DNA of 64,000 nt, from positions 7,296,001-7,360,000 of the forward strand of contig CM000151.3 of assembly GCA_000004695.1 (NCBI GenBank). The letters are read 5' to 3'. Positions 59,156 through 64,000 of this stretch are shown one piece after another (position 1 is the stretch's first letter; each line of letters begins with the position of its first letter). Position numbers and translations under genes: made by a program. Origin of the DNA: Dictyostelium discoideum. Lineage: Eukaryota. The notes beneath the pieces are model-generated. The model had not been told where the DNA came from. It ran no database searches and worked only from the letters and a program-made list of their open reading frames with translations.

Positions 59156-59328
59156 GGTTTAATCTATCTATCATTTATTTTACTATAAATTAATCTATTA
59201 TTTTGGAAGTGAGAAAAAAAAAAAAACAATTTATTCTTTTTTTTTTAATTATTTTTTTTTTTTTTTTTTTTTGTTAAATATAATACAAAACAAATAAATT
59301 ATTTTTGGTTTTATTCCAATTAAAACTG

Positions 59329-59360
<32 letters not shown>

Positions 59361-59861
59361 GTTTTTTATGTGTGATAAATTGATTGTGTATTATTAAAAA
59401 TGAAATTATAATAAAAAAAAAAATAAAAAAAAAAATGCAAACAACACAATTTTTTTTGAATTTTTTTCAAATTTCCAAATTTGGGCTTTAATTTTTAATT
59501 TAATAATTTTATTTTTTTTATTTTTTTAATTTTTTATTTTTTTTTTTTTATTATTTTTTTTTTTTTTTTTTTATTTATTATTTAATTAACCAAAACATAT
59601 CATGGATATTCAACAAAACTATAAAACTTGAAAAAAAAAAAAAAAAAATAAAAAAATAAAAAAAATAATAATAATAATAATGATAATAATAAAAAAAACC
59701 TATTTTTGCTTTTAATTATTAAAAAATGGTAAGTCAGATTACACAAATTAAAAAAATAAGATTTTTTATTATTTTTTTTTATTTTTTAATTTTTTTATTT
59801 TTTTATTTTTTTGTTTTTTTTTTGAAAATCTAATTTTTTTTTTTTTTTCAGAACACCCGAA

Positions 59862-60428
59862 ATGATAAGGAATTTAACTTTATTATCAAAAAGTTCATTA
59901 GATCCAAAATGTTTAATCTTAAAACATTCAAACAAAAACCTCAATAATTATTTCAAACAAATAACATTTCGTTATTATAGTAAAACCAACCCAATCATTA
60001 AACAACAAAATCATAATAATATTAATAACTATAATAATACAACACCAGAAACTCAAGAAAGAATTAATGAATTATTAAAATTATTCCCTCCAATAAAGTA
60101 TGGATTTGCATATGGTTCAGGTGTAATTTCACAAAAAGGTTACAATAGAAATGGTGATGGATCAACCTCAACTGAAAATCCATCAAAAAAAGAAGAACAA
60201 TCACCAATGATTGATTTAATATTTGCTGTTGAAAACTCAACTAAATGGCATTCTCTCAATCTTGTAAATAATCAATCACATTATTCTTTTCTTGGTTTGA
60301 TGGGTGCTCATATAGTTGCAAAAGTTCAATATATGAATGCTAAAATTTATTTTAATACATTATTAGAACATAATGGAATTGTATGTATTTATTTATTATT
60401 ATTATTACATATTAAAAGTACTCAAAAC

Positions 60429-60462
<34 letters not shown>

Positions 60463-61238
60463 TTATTTTTAAGAAATTTAAATATGGTGTTATTGAATAT
60501 AAAGATTTAATAGATGATTTAAAGAATTGGAAAACATTATATTTATCAGGTAGAATGCAAAAACCAATTTTCAATTTACCAACATCAAGTACAGAAGGAT
60601 TGAAAGAGATTCAAGAGATTAATAGTGAATATAATTTAAAAAATGCTGTAATCACATCATTATTAATGTTACCTGAAACATTTACAGAGTATGATCTTTA
60701 TCATACAATCTCAAAACTATCCTATAGTGGTGATATAAGAATGAAAGGTGCTGAAAATCCAATGAAAACTCATAATATCGTAATTAATAATATTGATGGT
60801 TTTAGATCATTATATTTCCCAATCATTAATGATCATTTAACTCAATATTTAAATGTAATCTTAGAAAATGGTGATGAAGTTAATTCAAGTTTAATTTTAT
60901 CACAAAATAATAATAATAAAAATAATAATAAAAATGAGACAACAACAACAGCAGCACCAAAAATGGTTACATTCAAATCAAAACAAGATCCAATGAATTA
61001 TTTAAATTTATTAATGATGCTACCAGGAAGTATTAAATCAACAATGTTAAAAGAAGTTAGAAATAATATGAAATTGATGAAATCTGATGAAAAAATTGAT
61101 CCAACAATACTTCACAATTTAATATTTATGATTGTTTCAAAAAGTAGTTTCGCTCAAACAGTAAAAGGTGTTTTTACTGCTGGTATTTCAAAATCCTTAA
61201 ATTATATGAAATTAAAATTAAAAAAAAATAAAAAATAA
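59862..61238 (+). CDS. TAM41/MMP37 family protein (mitochondrial phosphatidate cytidylyltransferase); 2 exons 59862..60380, 60474..61238
   Basis: LKLFPPIKYGFAYGSGVISQKGY...MIDLIFAVENSTKWHSLNLVNNQSHYSFL...GAHIVAKVQYMNAKIYFNTLLEHNGI | KFKYGVIEYKDLIDDLKNWKTLYLSGRMQKP matches the conserved MMP37/Tam41 core (FAYGSGVF..MIDFIF.V....WH..N...N..HYS). The intron is phase-0 (GTATGT..AG). Confidence 0.75.
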
Positions 61239-61590
61239 TTTTAAAATAATAAATAATAATAATAATAATTTAACAATAAAAATAATAAATAATAAATAAT
61301 ATTAATAATATTTTTAAAAAAAAAAAAAAAAAAAAATATATATTAAATTAAAAAAACAATTATTTGTGTGCAAGTAAAATTTTTTTTAATCTTGTTCAGT
61401 CATTTTTTTTTTTTTTAATTTATTTTTTATTTAATTTTTTTTTTTTTTTTTTTTAAACTTTTTTTTTTTTTTTTTTTTTTTTTTATTTAAACTTTTTTTT
61501 TTATTTATTTTTTTTTTCCAAATGCCAAATAAAGGAGTAGTGTACACCCAAACTTTAAAATAGAAAAATAAAAAAAAATAATAGTGTCAT

Positions 61591-61629
<39 letters not shown>

Positions 61630-61713
61630 AACATTTACAAAAATTTCAAAAAATAAAAAAATAAAAGAATAAAAATAAAATAAAATAAAAAAATAATAAT
61701 AATAATAAAGCAA

Positions 61714-64000
<2,287 letters not shown>

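Overview
This window looks like Dictyostelium discoideum nuclear DNA, not a prokaryotic locus. It is extremely AT-rich, with long poly-A/T tracts between genes and (AAT)n / (CAA)n codon repeats that give poly-Asn/Gln runs inside proteins. Introns are short (about 80-240 bp), AT-rich, and mostly have GTAAGT/GTATGT donors and AG acceptors. The six-frame ORF track therefore breaks most genes into pieces. I rebuilt 24 protein-coding genes by hand-joining ORF pieces across introns, checking phase each time. They are: a SWI3/SMARCC subunit (3' end off the window), a small two-TM protein, a tandem pair of arylamine N-acetyltransferase paralogs (one without the catalytic Cys), a cortexillin, a divergent PARP-like protein, PGP synthase (PGS1), a secreted beta-lactamase-like hydrolase, a eukaryotic Hsp33, a small acidic protein that may be DUF4598/NOPCHAP1-like (that assignment is from memory), a GH18 chitobiase, a TM/zinc-finger protein, Rheb, an M28-peptidase membrane protein, a CARMIL-like LRR protein, a small hypothetical protein, a START+F-box+WD40 protein (1247 aa, probably FbxA/ChtA), a fusion protein with WD40+LysM+GRAM+TLDc domains, an intronless GC-richer GH15 hydrolase, the E2F partner DP, a UBA6-like E1, an SLC45-like sugar transporter, TAM41, and an EDEM-like GH47 protein that runs off the window end. 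There are no rRNA, tRNA or CRISPR features and no recognisable transposon. Other features are two hairpin-forming inverted repeats in divergent promoter regions, a C-rich tract inside an intron, and many microsatellites. Splice coordinates were worked out by hand against the ORF-track anchors and may be off by 1-2 nt.
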